A DNA stretch of 64,000 bases. Source: Callorhinchus milii (taxonomy: Eukaryota). Numbering within the stretch: the stretch's first letter is position 1; every line of letters starts with the position of its first letter. A model generated the notes under the pieces. That model was not told where the DNA came from. It was given only the letters and a program-made list of their open reading frames with translations, and ran no database searches. The stretch covers positions 72,542,001-72,606,000 of the forward strand of contig NW_024704743.1 of assembly GCF_018977255.1 (NCBI RefSeq), written 5' to 3'. A program made the translations under genes and the position numbers. Positions 48,037 to 61,475 of this stretch are shown here, piece by piece.

Positions 48037-50622
48037 TATAAAAGGTTCCATAAATTCTAGGTGTCTGATCAATCAAGAATAAACCATTGGACTTGGATCT
48101 CTAGAACATCAAGGTGACTGTCACGTCATAAATGATCTTGTATAGGTCCTCCCACCATATCAGTCACCTAGCTAATGAAGAAACTCGGAGGCTTGCTAGG
48201 ATAGCTGCTGGAAGGCAACTTCTGCTACCATAGAACCATATACATTTAGGTAGGAAGCCATTTGATTCATTGTATTAGTGTCAGCGTTTGTTCTTCCAAT
48301 GAAGGATTCATCCTCATCCCAATTTATTTTCATAAATATTTAATTATTTCTGTGATTTTAACTTGGTGCTCTCTTGTTTACTGATTCACCAACTAGCGAT
48401 AATAATCAATTACTATTTACCCTATCATAACACTTCATAAAAATCTCTAAAATCTCTATCAGGTCAGACCTTAACCTTCAGGTTGCTTGTACTTTTGTTC
48501 TCAATGTTTTTACTAGAACTTAAAGATGCTTCTGTCCTTTTATAGGTATAAGTTGTATTAGCATTGATTCAGAGTCAAGCCTGGAGTTAATGATTACACA
48601 ATATAATAGTACATTGAGTTTGTGAATTTCAAGATACAAAAGTACATGGGTGAAGACATAATGCATCTCTTTTGCTATGAAATGAATGAAATAGATATCT
48701 AGAGAAGAAATCTCTTCATTACAATTCAGGGTTAAGTAGGAAGCAGTACAAATTACACATTGAACACATGAGCTAATGCTGCAAAAATGTTGGTTAGTCT
48801 TAGACTTAAAATATACATCCATATTTGAAAGTGTTAACAACATGCCGAGCCATCTTGTGTGCAGCAAAATAAGCTCCTCACTTTCATCATCTGAAGCCTT
48901 GCTCGTCGATCTGTGGGATCATATGGTCAGTGCCGCTGATCCTCTCCTTTGCTTCGACTTTAAAATATTCAACCAAAGTAGAAAGAAAAACTGCTGATGC
49001 AGTCAAGAGGAAACATTCAGTTCTGATTATGCTCTGTTAAGGTTTTTTTTCTTCTTCCCTAAATTGGTTCCTGGCTTTGATTCACAGGCCATTGCCTGAC
49101 CAGATTTTCTCATCTGCAGCAAGACGCGAGTATCTGGGAGGGAAGCCTTGGGACACGATGATTACAGATAACATAATAAACAGTTAAAATAAAATAGAAT
49201 TACACGGCTGATCTGATTAGAATCACTCTGACAATCTGCAAGAACGGCATCCTGCCTCTAAAGCAAAGGCGCTCCCCCACTACTCTATATAGTATTGGCA
49301 AGCTGAAAATATTAAGTGTGCTTTAGAGCAATATCTCGAAGAGCCTCTGGTGAGTCTGTTAGTCCACTTCACACATGCTTGCAATGTGAATTGCCTGGAG
49401 ACGTTGGCTGCTTGTAGACTACCAATGAGAGCACTTCCAACGCCCTGATGCACACAACTACACAGAAATCCCCAAACATACCTGGAAATGTGCTATTTAT
49501 TTCCTGCTGACCGAGTTTACTTTTCTGTAGTGCAGTTATTTCCTGCTTGTCAAAATTTCTTTTATTCTTGGTTCAAATATTTTTGGCTTATTGAGTATCA
49601 TTAAAATAGGAAGAAATCTACTCTTCCTTCTGTTAGATTCAGAAATTCCCCAGATACCTTTCTGATTCCATTTTTTTTGCTCTCTCTCCCCCCATAAGGT
49701 GTATATTATTTGGCACATGGCAAAGAAGCAGGGAAAAAAAACCTCAAGAGTATTGATTTATTTCTACCATCCTACATTTTTCTTTTATTAAAATAAAATG
49801 ACATTGATTCTCAAACAGTACACAAGCTGAATCACTGCCACAGAACATCTGTATATTCTATCAAATATTTATATTTATTTTTTAAGGGCATGGAGATATT
49901 GGATTGTAAATAAGTGATCATCGTTCATTCTTCTTGATTATGTACACAGCTGTACATCCATCTTAAAGACTGCTTGCTCTTGAGCCTTCTGAGATAGGGC
50001 TCTTAGTTAAGTAGACCTTTGGTCCTTAGACGATACTCTTACCGAACACTCCCAGATTGCCCAGGATCAAGCAGGTGTCAGTTTTATCGATGCCTCTGTG
50101 ACAAGAGACCCATAAAAAACATTTTAACCCATGTTTCTGCAAAGTTTTCTATCAAATGTCAGCAGCTAAAAATACCAGATTTCTCTGTGTTCAGTCTCTT
50201 CAGTGTGAAGGAAGAACAAGAGAAAGCTAGGAGAAAAGAAAGCAAGATACAGCACAGACAAAGCTGTAAAGCCCAGAACAGCCAGTGGGCACATCTGGTA
50301 TAATTAGTTTTCATCTTAATTAGAAGAACATACTTCTGTACTACAAGTAAACAAAGCGCCGCAGTAGGATTTTAATTGGTTCCATACAACACTCTTACAT
50401 TCCAACAGTGAGATGAGATCTGACCCCAGTCAACTCTTTGCATTTGAATTTTGATTCAGGAAACACACGTTACTTGTCTTTAGCTTCTGGCAAAGTCGCT
50501 GGTCAACAAACAACATTGATCATCAGAATGGAAGCAAGGAATGGTTGGACTTTTATTGACAATTGTATTCTGTTGCAACTTCTAACAAAATGGTCAATTT
50601 TATACAAAATAATTTTAAAAGG

Positions 50623-50957
50623 ACCATTTGTTTTTGCAGAACCTATTGATTTCAAGATGCTCACATTCATGTACAGATTGCTTTGTGCCCTGGGATCTCC
50701 CCCATTAGACTGACTAAAACAATAGAACAATTACACATAGCCTTACATGGTGCTATCAAAGTTTGTGGCATCTGATATCTCCAATGTTGACCCCATTCAG
50801 TGCTTTGACTAAGCCCTAATGTGGAGCCAGCTGAACGAAGGAGGTGGATAGAGGAGTGAGGAGTAAGCAGGTTGGAAAGGGAGATGCCAGGGCACAAAGC
50901 AATCTATACATGAATGTGAGCATCTTGAAATCAATAGGTTCTGCAAAAACAAATGGT
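50623..50957. repeat. 79-bp inverted duplication (2 mismatches), 177-bp spacer
   Basis: Arms 50623-50701 and 50879-50957 aligned by eye; the same peptide appears on opposite strands in the ORF track. Confidence 0.92.
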
Positions 50958-52654
50958 TCTAAAAGGAAAAGACGGACCAGTTTAATTGTAATAAATAATG
51001 TTCAATGTGTAAAAATCAAATTAACCACTGGCTCTGTAGCAGGCCATGTGACATATACTGCACATGGGAATCTGTTGTTATCCTTCAAATTATGGTGACC
51101 AGGGAAAATACAACTTGAATTGTGTCAAACTGCCAATGTCATCCGCTTCGATGTATTATCAATAATTAATTGTAGTTATCTACAAGGTTTGAGAAACCCA
51201 AATTCACTGTAAAAATAACTAAAAAATAAACTGCATGAATCTATTCCAATTCAAATCCACAGACAATGCACATAATGTCAATATTGTGTCCTAATGGAAA
51301 ACCACATCTTTTAATGGAATAGAAAGAACACTAACTCAACGAGGACCTGCACACCCCAGTCACTGCCCTGCAGGTGTGTAGTTGTAAGAATGGCTTACAC
51401 TTGGAAAATATTACTATCTTGTCTTACACCACATAAATGGTGACCCACTGTATCAATTAATCACGTGCTTAGTGTGTGTCCAGGGGATGGCGAGGCACGT
51501 GTCCAGGGAAATAAGTACTGAGAGCTTGAGACAAGCATGCTCAGATGTACCCTGGAGAGATGTCTGATACTAAACACCCCTTAGGAGTAGGAAGAAGAAA
51601 ATCAGCCAGAGTGGCTGCTTCCAATTGTTATCCAGAGTCCCCTCCTGGAAGTTGATGTGCGATGATGTTGGGGTAAGATAGGATTAGCTGGGCTTGAATG
51701 ACCCCCATGGTTGAAAAATCTGTCAGCATTCAATGTCAAAACTCACCCATGGACAGTGCATCAAAGGGCACTCGCTGCCCATGAAACCATACATCAGCAA
51801 CAAAAATAAGAGTCAAATACATCCAGGAGAGGAAGAGGAAGGGAAGGGGGGAGAAAATCATTGGTGAAAAAAATACCAATGTGCTGTCATTAAGACAAAT
51901 TCCCCTGACATGAAACAAAAAGTTTCAGACATTTCATCAATTACTACCTTCTTCGTAAATATACCCTCATTTGAAGGTTATAAAATGCTTTGTTTTCTTG
52001 TCTGAACAGCAGTGCATTACATTCCCTTTGTGTGATGTGGGTTTAAATAATTCTCTTGCTTCAGATGCATGTGGACCAATGTTTTTTAATTAAAGCAGCT
52101 GGGAATATTAACTTCTCAAAAATTCCAATTAACTGTTACATTTCTCAGGTTGTTTGAATATCTACTGCAACTTCAATTTATTTTGTATTAGATTTCAGAG
52201 TTTTCAGCAATATTTGTCAAAAAAATGCAATTGGCTACAAGGATTCACCTGATTGACGTGGACAAAACATTTTATGTGAGAACATTTATATTTTCTAACT
52301 TGTCAGATGCCACTGGCTCCCAATATTGATTCTAAAATCCTTGTCTTAACCTTCAAATCCCTTCCTACAGTTGAATTTTCCTCCAAATCCACTCTCCTGC
52401 CATCGTCTCTGCTCCTGTGACTCTGAACTATTGCTTGATCTTCACGTCCTCTACCCACCTCTCGATAGGAATCCACGGTGTGACAAAGGTCAATTTTATT
52501 GTCTTATTGCACCTCAATATAGTCTCAAAAGCCCAGGGTATTGTCCAATATTCCCTCTGGTCTCTTCTCTGGAGTCTAAGACCAGTAATCACTGTATTAA
52601 GGGCTAATGTCTGTGAACTGATTGTTTCTTAGTAACTGAATTATAATAATTACA

Positions 52655-53027
52655 TTAATCTTTGCATTTGATATAGCACCTTATCACATCTTCAAAACAT
52701 CTCAAAGTGCTTCACAGAATACACTGTAAAGTGAATAGGCTGTATATTTTGTTGGAGAAACGCGGTAGCCAATTGCGCACAGCAGTGTCTCACAAACAGT
52801 CGTGGATTGAGTGACCAAATTATTCTTTATTTTTTTTGAAGGGATTATTACCCCCAGAAAAGTGATCTACCAATCAACTAACAGTAGTTAGTAGTTCATA
52901 CTTACTACTGGGTGAACAGAGGTGTGTGGAGTAAGGAAACTTGCCCAACGTTTCGCCCTGTCCGTGAATCAACCCAGGTCCTCTCATGTTTGAGGTGAGT
53001 GCTCTATCCAGTAAGCTACATGACTCC
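52655..53027 (-). mobile_element. SINE, long subfamily, full length
   Basis: Tail through AAGCTACATGACTCC head. Confidence 0.88.
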
Positions 53028-53847
53028 ATTTACCGTATTTTTCTACTGGTTTTATTGCAATATTATTTTTCCACCAATACAAGCACTGAGGAAGTCTAAC
53101 AATAGATTACAGTTAACAACTCACTTAATGTTTGAATAACCAGTGTTTGTTACTTCTTTATTTCTCACTTTAATAAATAGCAGCAACAGAATATCTAGTC
53201 AGTACTGCAAGAAAATAAGGTCCAAGAAACTGGGTAAGTCTTAACAGCAGCTTCACTTCCTTAAGTCCATCTGTGTGTTTATATCTGATCTTTGTTTTCT
53301 GTCTGTGAGGTTTCCTCCACACATGGCAGGCAGCTGTCAGCAATGGTGGGGGGTGTCAAAGGCCAATGCAGCTGTCTTGTGTAATCACCAGACTCCATCA
53401 ACAAGCCATGGATTCCAACAGAGAGGGAGCTGGCTAGCAACACAGGATACAGTACACAAAAGACCACCTTGTCCATCAGACGTGTGAGGCAATCGACATT
53501 ATCTCGAATTGATTACTTTATTGCTTCTCCATGGAGTTCGCAATGAATCCTGTCTTACCTACGCTACCTCCAAATAGCTACCCCACAAGGGGGGGGATTT
53601 CACTGGTTCTTGCCTGGGTTGTTCGGAGTCTGCTGCACAGTGCACCATCCTGTCTCAGGGGAGTTAACACTGCAAAAGGATCTATCCTGAGCTACAAAGC
53701 ATGCTAACCTCTGGCTGATGCACAACAGTGCTAATAGTAGTGTGGAAAATTAGGCAGCTCATTTATCCCAATAAGCTTGGTTTAAGGTCAGGATGAAGAC
53801 TGCAAGGCTGCATATATGCATAGGCATAGGAGACGGTGGAGGGATTT

Positions 53848-54050
53848 GTAATAATAATAATCCCTCCAAAACAAAACAATAATACATTGGTCATTTCCAA
53901 TCCATGACTGTTTGTGGGACACTGCTGTGCGCAATTGGCTGCCATGTTTCACCCACAAATATACAGTCAATTCACTTAACAGTATATTCTGTGAAGCGCT
54001 TTGAGACGTCTAAAAGACATGAAAAGCGCTATATCAAATTATTAATATTA
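53848..54050 (+). mobile_element. SINE short-subfamily 3' module starting at the internal (TAA)nTCC
   Basis: Begins TAATAATAATAATCCCTCCAAAAC; no tRNA head. Confidence 0.85.
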
Positions 54051-54147
54051 TTAATTCGTAAATGTAGTAACATCAAGCTTGGTACCAAATTATTTACATG
54101 AAAAATCACGAACAAAGCAATTTTAGATTATATCATAGCCTGACTTG

Positions 54148-54474
54148 ATAATAATAACAATAATAATAATAATCCTTGCATTTGATATAGCGCTTTTCAC
54201 GTCGGGAGGATGTCCCAAAGCGCTTCACAGAATATACTGCAAAGTGAATTGATTGTATATTTGTGGGCGAACGCGGCAGCCAATTGCGCACAGCAATGTC
54301 CCACAAATAGTCGTAGATTGAAAACAACTAATTTATTATTGTTTTTGGTTTTGGAGGGATTATTATTAGGAGTGTGGAGTAAGGAAACTTGCCCAAGGTT
54401 TCGCTCTGTCTGGAATTGAACTCAGGTCTCTCGCTTGCAAAGCGAGTGCTCTAACCACTGAGCTACAGGACTCC
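54148..54474 (-). mobile_element. Young SINE, short subfamily, full length
   Basis: (TAA)n tail to GAGCTACAGGACTCC. Confidence 0.92.
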
Positions 54475-55277
54475 TGTATGCACGCAAACACACAGAGGCG
54501 GTTGGAGAGAGGAAAGAGAGACACGCATGCACACACACATATAAATGCATAGACACTATTTTCATATTTAGAATTGGGTCCATCTTAATTAGTGCTCTCT
54601 GCAGTATGTTAAAATACAGGGATAAACAGAAAAAATTGCTGGCTCTTAAAATTGAGCAAAATACAATCTAATGAGATCAAATTCATGAAAGATATGGAAA
54701 TATGTGCAAAGGCTGAGACACAGATCACCCACGTTTAAACAATTAGCTTTAATATTTCAACATATTTTTTAAAAGCTATAAAAGTCAAGTGCTAAAAACA
54801 GGCATGTGTGATCTGACATCCCTATTCACGCCTTGGCACATCGCTGCATTTCACCCAGCTATTTATTTCAGTGGAAGTTTGATTCAAAGGTTCGCTTGTA
54901 TTGAACTAGGTCAGGTCCTTTGGGTCTGGCCAATGCAAATATTTTTTATCATGGTTATTTGATATGAAAATTCAGTGGTTATCTACAGGGATTTTAAAAT
55001 TCCGATAAAAATAAAAATTACAATGATGTGAATTATTTGTTACTCCCAGAAGACTTTTCCCAGAATTTCTTCAGACTGGAAAGGAACATATTAGTCATCT
55101 TTAACAGGCGACGTATATAAAATTATTGCTTTAATTTAATTGAACATGATTAGTATTTAAGGGCTCATTCAAATTTCTTGCATCATTTTCTCAAATACAT
55201 AAAGTATGGGGAAGAACTTTGAGAGTGGCATAAGCTCACCACAGAGGAATGCAGATGGTGCAGGTATCTTGGTTAAT

Positions 55278-56020
55278 TAATAATAATAATAATCCTTGCA
55301 TTTGATATAGATCCTTATCACGTCTTTGAGATGTCTCAAAAGGCTTCACAGAATATACTGTAAAGTGAATTGACTGTATATTCTGTGGGCGAAATGCAGC
55401 AGCCAATTACACACAGCAGTGTCCCAGTCATGGATTGAGTGACCAATTTTTTTTAAAAAGGAATTATTACCCCTGGAAAAGTGATCTGCCAATCAACAAG
55501 CAACCAGGTTCATAATCCTTGCAGTTAATTGACGCTAGAGATGCCTTACCACTTCATAACCCGGGCATGGCGAAACCTTGGGTAAGTTTCCTTACTCCAC
55601 ATCCCACTGTTCACCTAGCAGTAAGTAGGAACCTGGATGTTAGTCAATTGGCAGATTACTTTCCGGGGGTAACAAACTCCTCAAAAAAAAATTGGAAAGA
55701 GTACAATGGAGATTTATGAGAATGATATACTCATTGAGATCTGTAGCATATTGGTTAGAGCACTTGCCTCAGAAGTGAGAGGTCCTGGATTCGATTCCAG
55801 GCAGGGCAAATCCCTTTTCTGGGGGGAATAAACCCTTCAAAAAAAAAAATAACAATCATTTGGTCATTCAATCCACGACTGTTTGTGGGACACTGCTGTG
55901 TGCAATTGGCTGCTGAGTTTCGGCCACAAAATATACACTCAATTGACTTTACAGTATATTCTGTGAAGCCCTTTGAGACATCTCAACAATGTGATAAAGC
56001 ACTGTATCAAGGATTATTAT
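55278..56020. mobile_element. SINE cluster: minus-strand 3' part (55278-55512), plus-strand middle fragment (55565-55693), plus-strand variant-head copy (55736-56020)
   Basis: Matches to long-subfamily blocks seen elsewhere in the window. Confidence 0.8.
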
Positions 56021-56189
56021 TGCAGATAATAATCCTTGCATTACTGTATCACTGTAATGTTACAGTGTTACTATTAATGTTACCATTAATGTTACAAAAC
56101 AGAAAATTTGGCTCATCATGTCTGCGCCGGTGTATTTTTTCATATGAGCCACCCAGTCTGAATTCACTCACTTGTTAATTCCCCATATC

Positions 56190-56600
56190 ATTATCCTTGC
56201 AATTGATTTTGCTTGAATTTGATATAGTGCTTCTAAAATGTGATATATATATATTGATATATATCACATTGTCGAGATGTCTCAAAGTGCTTCATGGGAT
56301 TTTACTGTAAAGTGTAGTGACCATGTATTTTGTAGGCAAATGCATAAGCAATATCCCACAAATAGCCATGAGGTGAATGAGCAATTTTATTTGGTTGATT
56401 CTTGGCCAGGAGACCGGGAGAAGCTCTTTTCTCTTTTCAAATAGTGCCATGAGACCACCTGAACAGGCAAGCAAGACCTTGATTCAACTGGCTGCTGAGT
56501 CTTATCTGAAGAACAGCACCTCCAACAACGCTGCACCCTCACCCCCAGCACTGCCTTGGAGAATTTGTGCAGACTGAGTCCAAAGTCCTGACATGATATG
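56190..56600 (-). mobile_element. Old Deu-type SINE
   Basis: CTCTTTTCAAATAGTGCCATG..CACCTGAACAGGCA..CTTATCTGAAGAACAGCACCTCCAACAA body. Confidence 0.75.
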
Positions 56601-58529
56601 AAATCTTCTTCTTTTTCAAGCATCTACAGTATTTAATCCCTTTCTAAAATAATTTTATGTACTTCAGCCTCAACAGACAAAACCATATTCCAACCATCCA
56701 ACATGTGTGTAAAGATTTGTTTTCTAACCTGTGCTTTAATGGTCAGCTGGGCCAGAAAGTTGAAGGTTCAAGCTCTATAATGGGATTTTGACTGAGTCAA
56801 GACAAATGAGTATTCAAATGCAAGAGTGCTGCATTATCATGGCAGCATCCTTCACATCAGGGGTTCAACTAGAACTAACTGGTGGGCAGGCAGAGGAGAC
56901 AAGGGGGTTCTCCTTAGCTCCAAGGTAACATGCTTGGCAACGGAATGTTGGAATCAAGGCAACCCTCTGTGGCCGTCTTGGTAGCCAGGTGGGCCCACAG
57001 CAGTCCAACACACTGCTGATAATAGACCAGCCAGCCTGACTTGTCCATAGGACATGGATGGACAGACCAGTGGCAGCAAGGATTCCTCCCACTCCACTAC
57101 TGTTAAGCCTTCAAGCCAAATCCCAAACAGGCAGGGTGGTCTCAGCAGTGGGACGTTTGCCAGATAGCGCTCTCGATAAAAGGCTATGCAGTTTCAATTA
57201 GTTAACTCAAGGAGTACCCCCAGCACACACTCTGTGGTTCCTAAATCTCGACTCCTACCATTCTGCATCGAAAACTTAATTACGGAAGCAGGATGTGTTC
57301 CTTTAGGGAGAGTGTACATTTTATGCCACAAAATGGGCTAGTTATATGTGTAGATGGCATGTTTATGTGGATCTCACAGTCTGCTTTGGATACTCTTAAA
57401 CACGGTGATGGGTTTCCAGATGTGCCAGACACTCGGCCGACCAAAAAAAAGGATGTGAAAAGATTACATTGTATTAGTCCTCAAGAGAAGGGAGTTTCTT
57501 TTGATTCTATGGCCAACGATTCTCCAGTTAGATTGGTCATTCACTTCATGACTGTTTGTGACACCTTTCTCTCTGAAAAATGGCTGCCACATTTGCCTAT
57601 AAATACAGAATCACAAGTTGACACCAATTGCCTATGAAGGCAATGGGTCCTATATTTTATCATTATTCATTACTTTTGTGATTATCTTATGTGTGTGTTA
57701 CAGACTTAACATGCAGTGGAAAAAAATTATTATCATTTGCCCTATCGCAACCTAATTTTGAACACCCTTCTCAACTCTGGGGCAAAAGATAAGACTGCAT
57801 GTATAACGTTAAATTCTCACATCTCACACTGTGTTTCATACTGGGGCCATGATTGATTATTTGGAATACGATTTGATAACCACAGTATTAAAAATGCCAC
57901 ACAATGAAAAATATAAGAATGTCTAAATGGCTGTTGCTACCACCAATTGAGTGACTTTATTAAACATTGAATTTGGAGGCCCCAGTGCAAATGAGAGGAA
58001 TTCAGCCAAATAAGCACCAATAATCAGCCAAAGAGCAGAAAGCAACCAAAATCAAGGCTGTGAAAAGTCTGTAATCAACACTTTCCCTCCTCCTGGCAGC
58101 AGGAAATGTTCCATTTTGATAAAAATTTTCAGGGTCAAATGTGCAGCTCATGTGATACTTATCATTCTGAATGATTCAGAGACAGACTCCCCCTCCCATC
58201 CAGCTCACCTCCCAGCTCTGAACGTCCGGTTTAAGTAGGCCACTGGCTTATATAAACAACAACCTCATAAAGATGGAAACTGGTATCCCACAAACCAGTT
58301 AGTCTGTGATCTGTGAGCCAGAGATACAATACCATGGACTCATTTCTCTTGCTGTGGGAGGAGGGAGGAAAGCCATCCCCTAGCCGATTCAATGTGATAA
58401 ATACAATATGAAACGCAAATTGAACCCCTTTGTGTTTTGTAAATGCACACTGCACAAACTGCCTCAATTGCTACTGTTGGATTTCTTACCCTAGGATTTG
58501 GAGTATTATGTCCAATTATGGTTTTTACA

Positions 58530-59450
58530 CTGTTAGAAGGATGTAACAGGAAAGAATACAGTGTAGATTTATGAATATGGTATACTTGTGGAGATCTGTA
58601 GCATATTGGTTAGAGCACTTGCCTCGTAAGCAAGAGGACCTGGGTTCAATTCCAGGAAGGGCGAAACATTAGGCAAGTTTTCTTTCCCCGCACGCCTCTG
58701 TTTAGCTAGCAGCATGTAGGAACCCGGTTATTAGTCGATTGGAGGATCGCTTTTCCAGGGGTAATATCCCTTCAAAAAATAAATAAAACATAAAAATAAC
58801 AATAATTTAGTTACTCAGTCCTTGACTGATTGTAGGATTCTGCTATGCACAATTGGCTGCTGCATTTTGCCCACAAAATATACAGTCATTTCAATTTACA
58901 GTATATTCTGTTAAGCGCTTTGATGTCTCGATGACGTGATAAGGTGGTATATCAAATGCAGGGATTATTATTATTTTTATTATTCTACTAGAGGAAGTAG
59001 ATTACTGCTATCAGGATAGATTGAATTGGTTAGCCTATTCTTTGTGCAAGAGAAGAAATGTTTAAGGGGGGACCTAATAGACATGTTTAAAATTATAAAA
59101 GGGCTCAGTAAGATTAACATAAATAGACTCTTTCCACTGGTGAGTCCATAATCAGAGGATGCAAATATAAAATAGCGATTAAGGAACCTAAAAGAGAATT
59201 TAGGAGGAATTACCCTCTAATTGATGCAGACGGAAGTGAGACTGTGGAACTCACTGCCTGAAGCAGTGGTTGAATCGGATAGATAGATGCATTAAAAAAG
59301 AAACTAGACCTTCACGTGAGAAAGAGGGGAATAGAAAGATATGGATGGGAGTAAGGAATGGGTGAAGATGCATGTGCAGTATTAACACAGACATGGTTTG
59401 GTTGGGCCAAGTGGCCTGTTTCCGTGCTGTACAGTCTTTGTACTCTTTGA
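58530..59450 (+). mobile_element. CR1 LINE 3' fragment interrupted by a SINE
   Basis: LRGDLIDMFKIIKG, RLWNSLPEAVV motifs and 3' tail GGGCCAAGTGGCCTGTTTCCGTGCTGTA. Confidence 0.85.
58590..58983 (+). mobile_element. SINE, long subfamily, variant head (GGAGATCTGTAGCATATTGG), full length
   Basis: Head, central block, Deu-like segment, (TTA)n tail. Confidence 0.88.
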
Positions 59451-59734
59451 AATGGGCAATAGACCGAAACTACTACAGGGAACATTAATCACAGTTGCAT
59501 AGTTGGAAGAGTAAATGCTGGAACCTGTTATAGTTTTTCCAGTTTTATTTCCTCCCATACCTAGGATCTAATTTGACGTATCAGGGTACGGAACATTCCT
59601 GCAGGGGCAGGCGTGGTTAAGGTTAGTGCTGGCAGCAAGTCTTTCTGCAGCCATCAAAGAAAAAAATTGTATTTTTACAGCATTTAATTATGTCAAAATA
59701 TTCGCCTGCAAAATACAGTCACTAAACTTTATAA

Positions 59735-60186
59735 TAAATCCTCCCCATCCTCGCCTGGCTCTCCATCCCCCAAAGCACTGAGTTCAAGATCCTTGTCCTC
59801 ACTTTTAAATCCCTCCATGGTCTTGCCCCACCCTACCTCTGCGACTCTCTTAAACCGTACCAACCCACCTACTCCATCTGCTCACAATGCAATGCCCTGC
59901 TTCATATTCCTCTCCTTGCCCGCCTCTCTATTAGCAGTCAGACTTTCAATTTACCTACCCCCACTCTCTGGAACATCATCCTGAAGTCCTTTCCTCTCGC
60001 CACTTCCCTCTCCTCCTGCATGTCGGTTCAAGACCTCCCTTTTGATAGCACCTTCACTCTCCCCCCACTTTGTCCCCATCCCTCCCAAATCCAACAGCCA
60101 GCTCAGGTAAAATTCCTCCACTGTCCGGAGCCTTAGGACTCCCTATCTACGTGAAAGGCACTATATAAAAGTAATTTGTTGTTGTA
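59735..60186 (+). mobile_element. L2 LINE 3' fragment
   Basis: EFKILVLTFKSLHGLAPPYL-like segment and tail GTGAAAGGCACTATATAAAAGTAATTTGTTGTTG. Confidence 0.85.
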
Positions 60187-60734
60187 AATCCTGTGAAGCA
60201 CTTTGAGACATACTTTGTCAAATGCAAGGATTATTATTTTTTATGTTACAAAGTGTTTCCCATGTTATAATAGTAGTGACTGTTTTTGTCAACAAATATG
60301 GAAGATTTCACTCAATTATGTTGCTCTGGTCGGGTAACTACTGAGCGAAATGGAATTCCTGTTATTCAGGTGCATGTTCTGAGCCCGTGTGGACAAGTAA
60401 CATCTCGTATCTTGGCATCAAGCCTGTGTTCTATTGAATCAGGAATCTGCTTATTTATGTTTCCAAAGTCTGTAAGTTTCAAAACAAATTGCACGGAATG
60501 TGCTCTGCATTCTGCAATATTATTCAATTACTACCTTTATCCTCTGTATTTTGATATCTTCCAAATTCAATGACAGACATCATGAATGCTTAATGTGCCA
60601 CAGACTGTGCCCAGAGGTGATCATTTAATTGATGCTGAGAATTGATTCACTCTTCCACACCTTCCACTTTCTGGTTTGAATGTAAAACTCACATTAGACG
60701 CATCGATGATGCAGCGATGTCAATCTTTACAAAG

Positions 60735-61475
60735 GGTGTCAGCTTGGCTTAGCACTCTCGCCTCCTGAGTCAGAAGGCTATGGGATCAAACCCCAATTCC
60801 AGACTTTGAACTCTCATCATAATAATAATAATAATAATAATCCTTGCATTTGATATAGCGCTTTTCAGGTCGGGAGGACGTCCCAAAGCGCTTCACAGAA
60901 CACACTGTAAAGTGAATTGACAGTATATTTGTGGGCGAACACGGCAGCCAATTGCGCACAGCAATGTCCCACAAACAGTCGTAGATTGAAAATGACCAAT
61001 TTATTATTGTTTTTGGTTTTTGGAGGGATTATTATAATCCTTGTTTTGGCATAGCACCTCATCATGTCAGAAGGATGTTCAAAGCGCAATGGAGTGACTG
61101 TGTATTTGTAGGCAGCACAATTGGCCACAGTATTGTCCCACAAATAAACATGAAACAAATGACTAATTTTATTTGAGGGATTGTTGGTCAGAACACGGTA
61201 GAAATTCCCTTCTCTTTTCAAATAGTGTCCTGGTATCTTTAACGTCCACCTCAATAGGCAGAAGGAACCTTGGTTTAACATCTCAACCGAAGGTCAGCAT
61301 CCACTGACAATGCAACCCCATTCATAACCCATATCCACAATCATCTGACTCAGAAGCAATAGTGCTACTACTGAGCCAAGCTGACATAGTCTGGGCTGGC
61401 ACTCCAGTGTACTGCTGGGGGTGTTGTATTGTTGGAGATGTCGTGCTTCAGATGAAACGTTAAAGCGAGCCCTCA
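60735..61475. mobile_element. Three-layer SINE nest: old Deu SINE (+) split by a Deu SINE (-, 61035-61385) and a young SINE 3' module (-, 60819-61034)
   Basis: Plus-strand head at 60735-60818 resumes at 61386 (ATAGTCTGGGCTGGCACTCCAGTG...). Confidence 0.75.
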
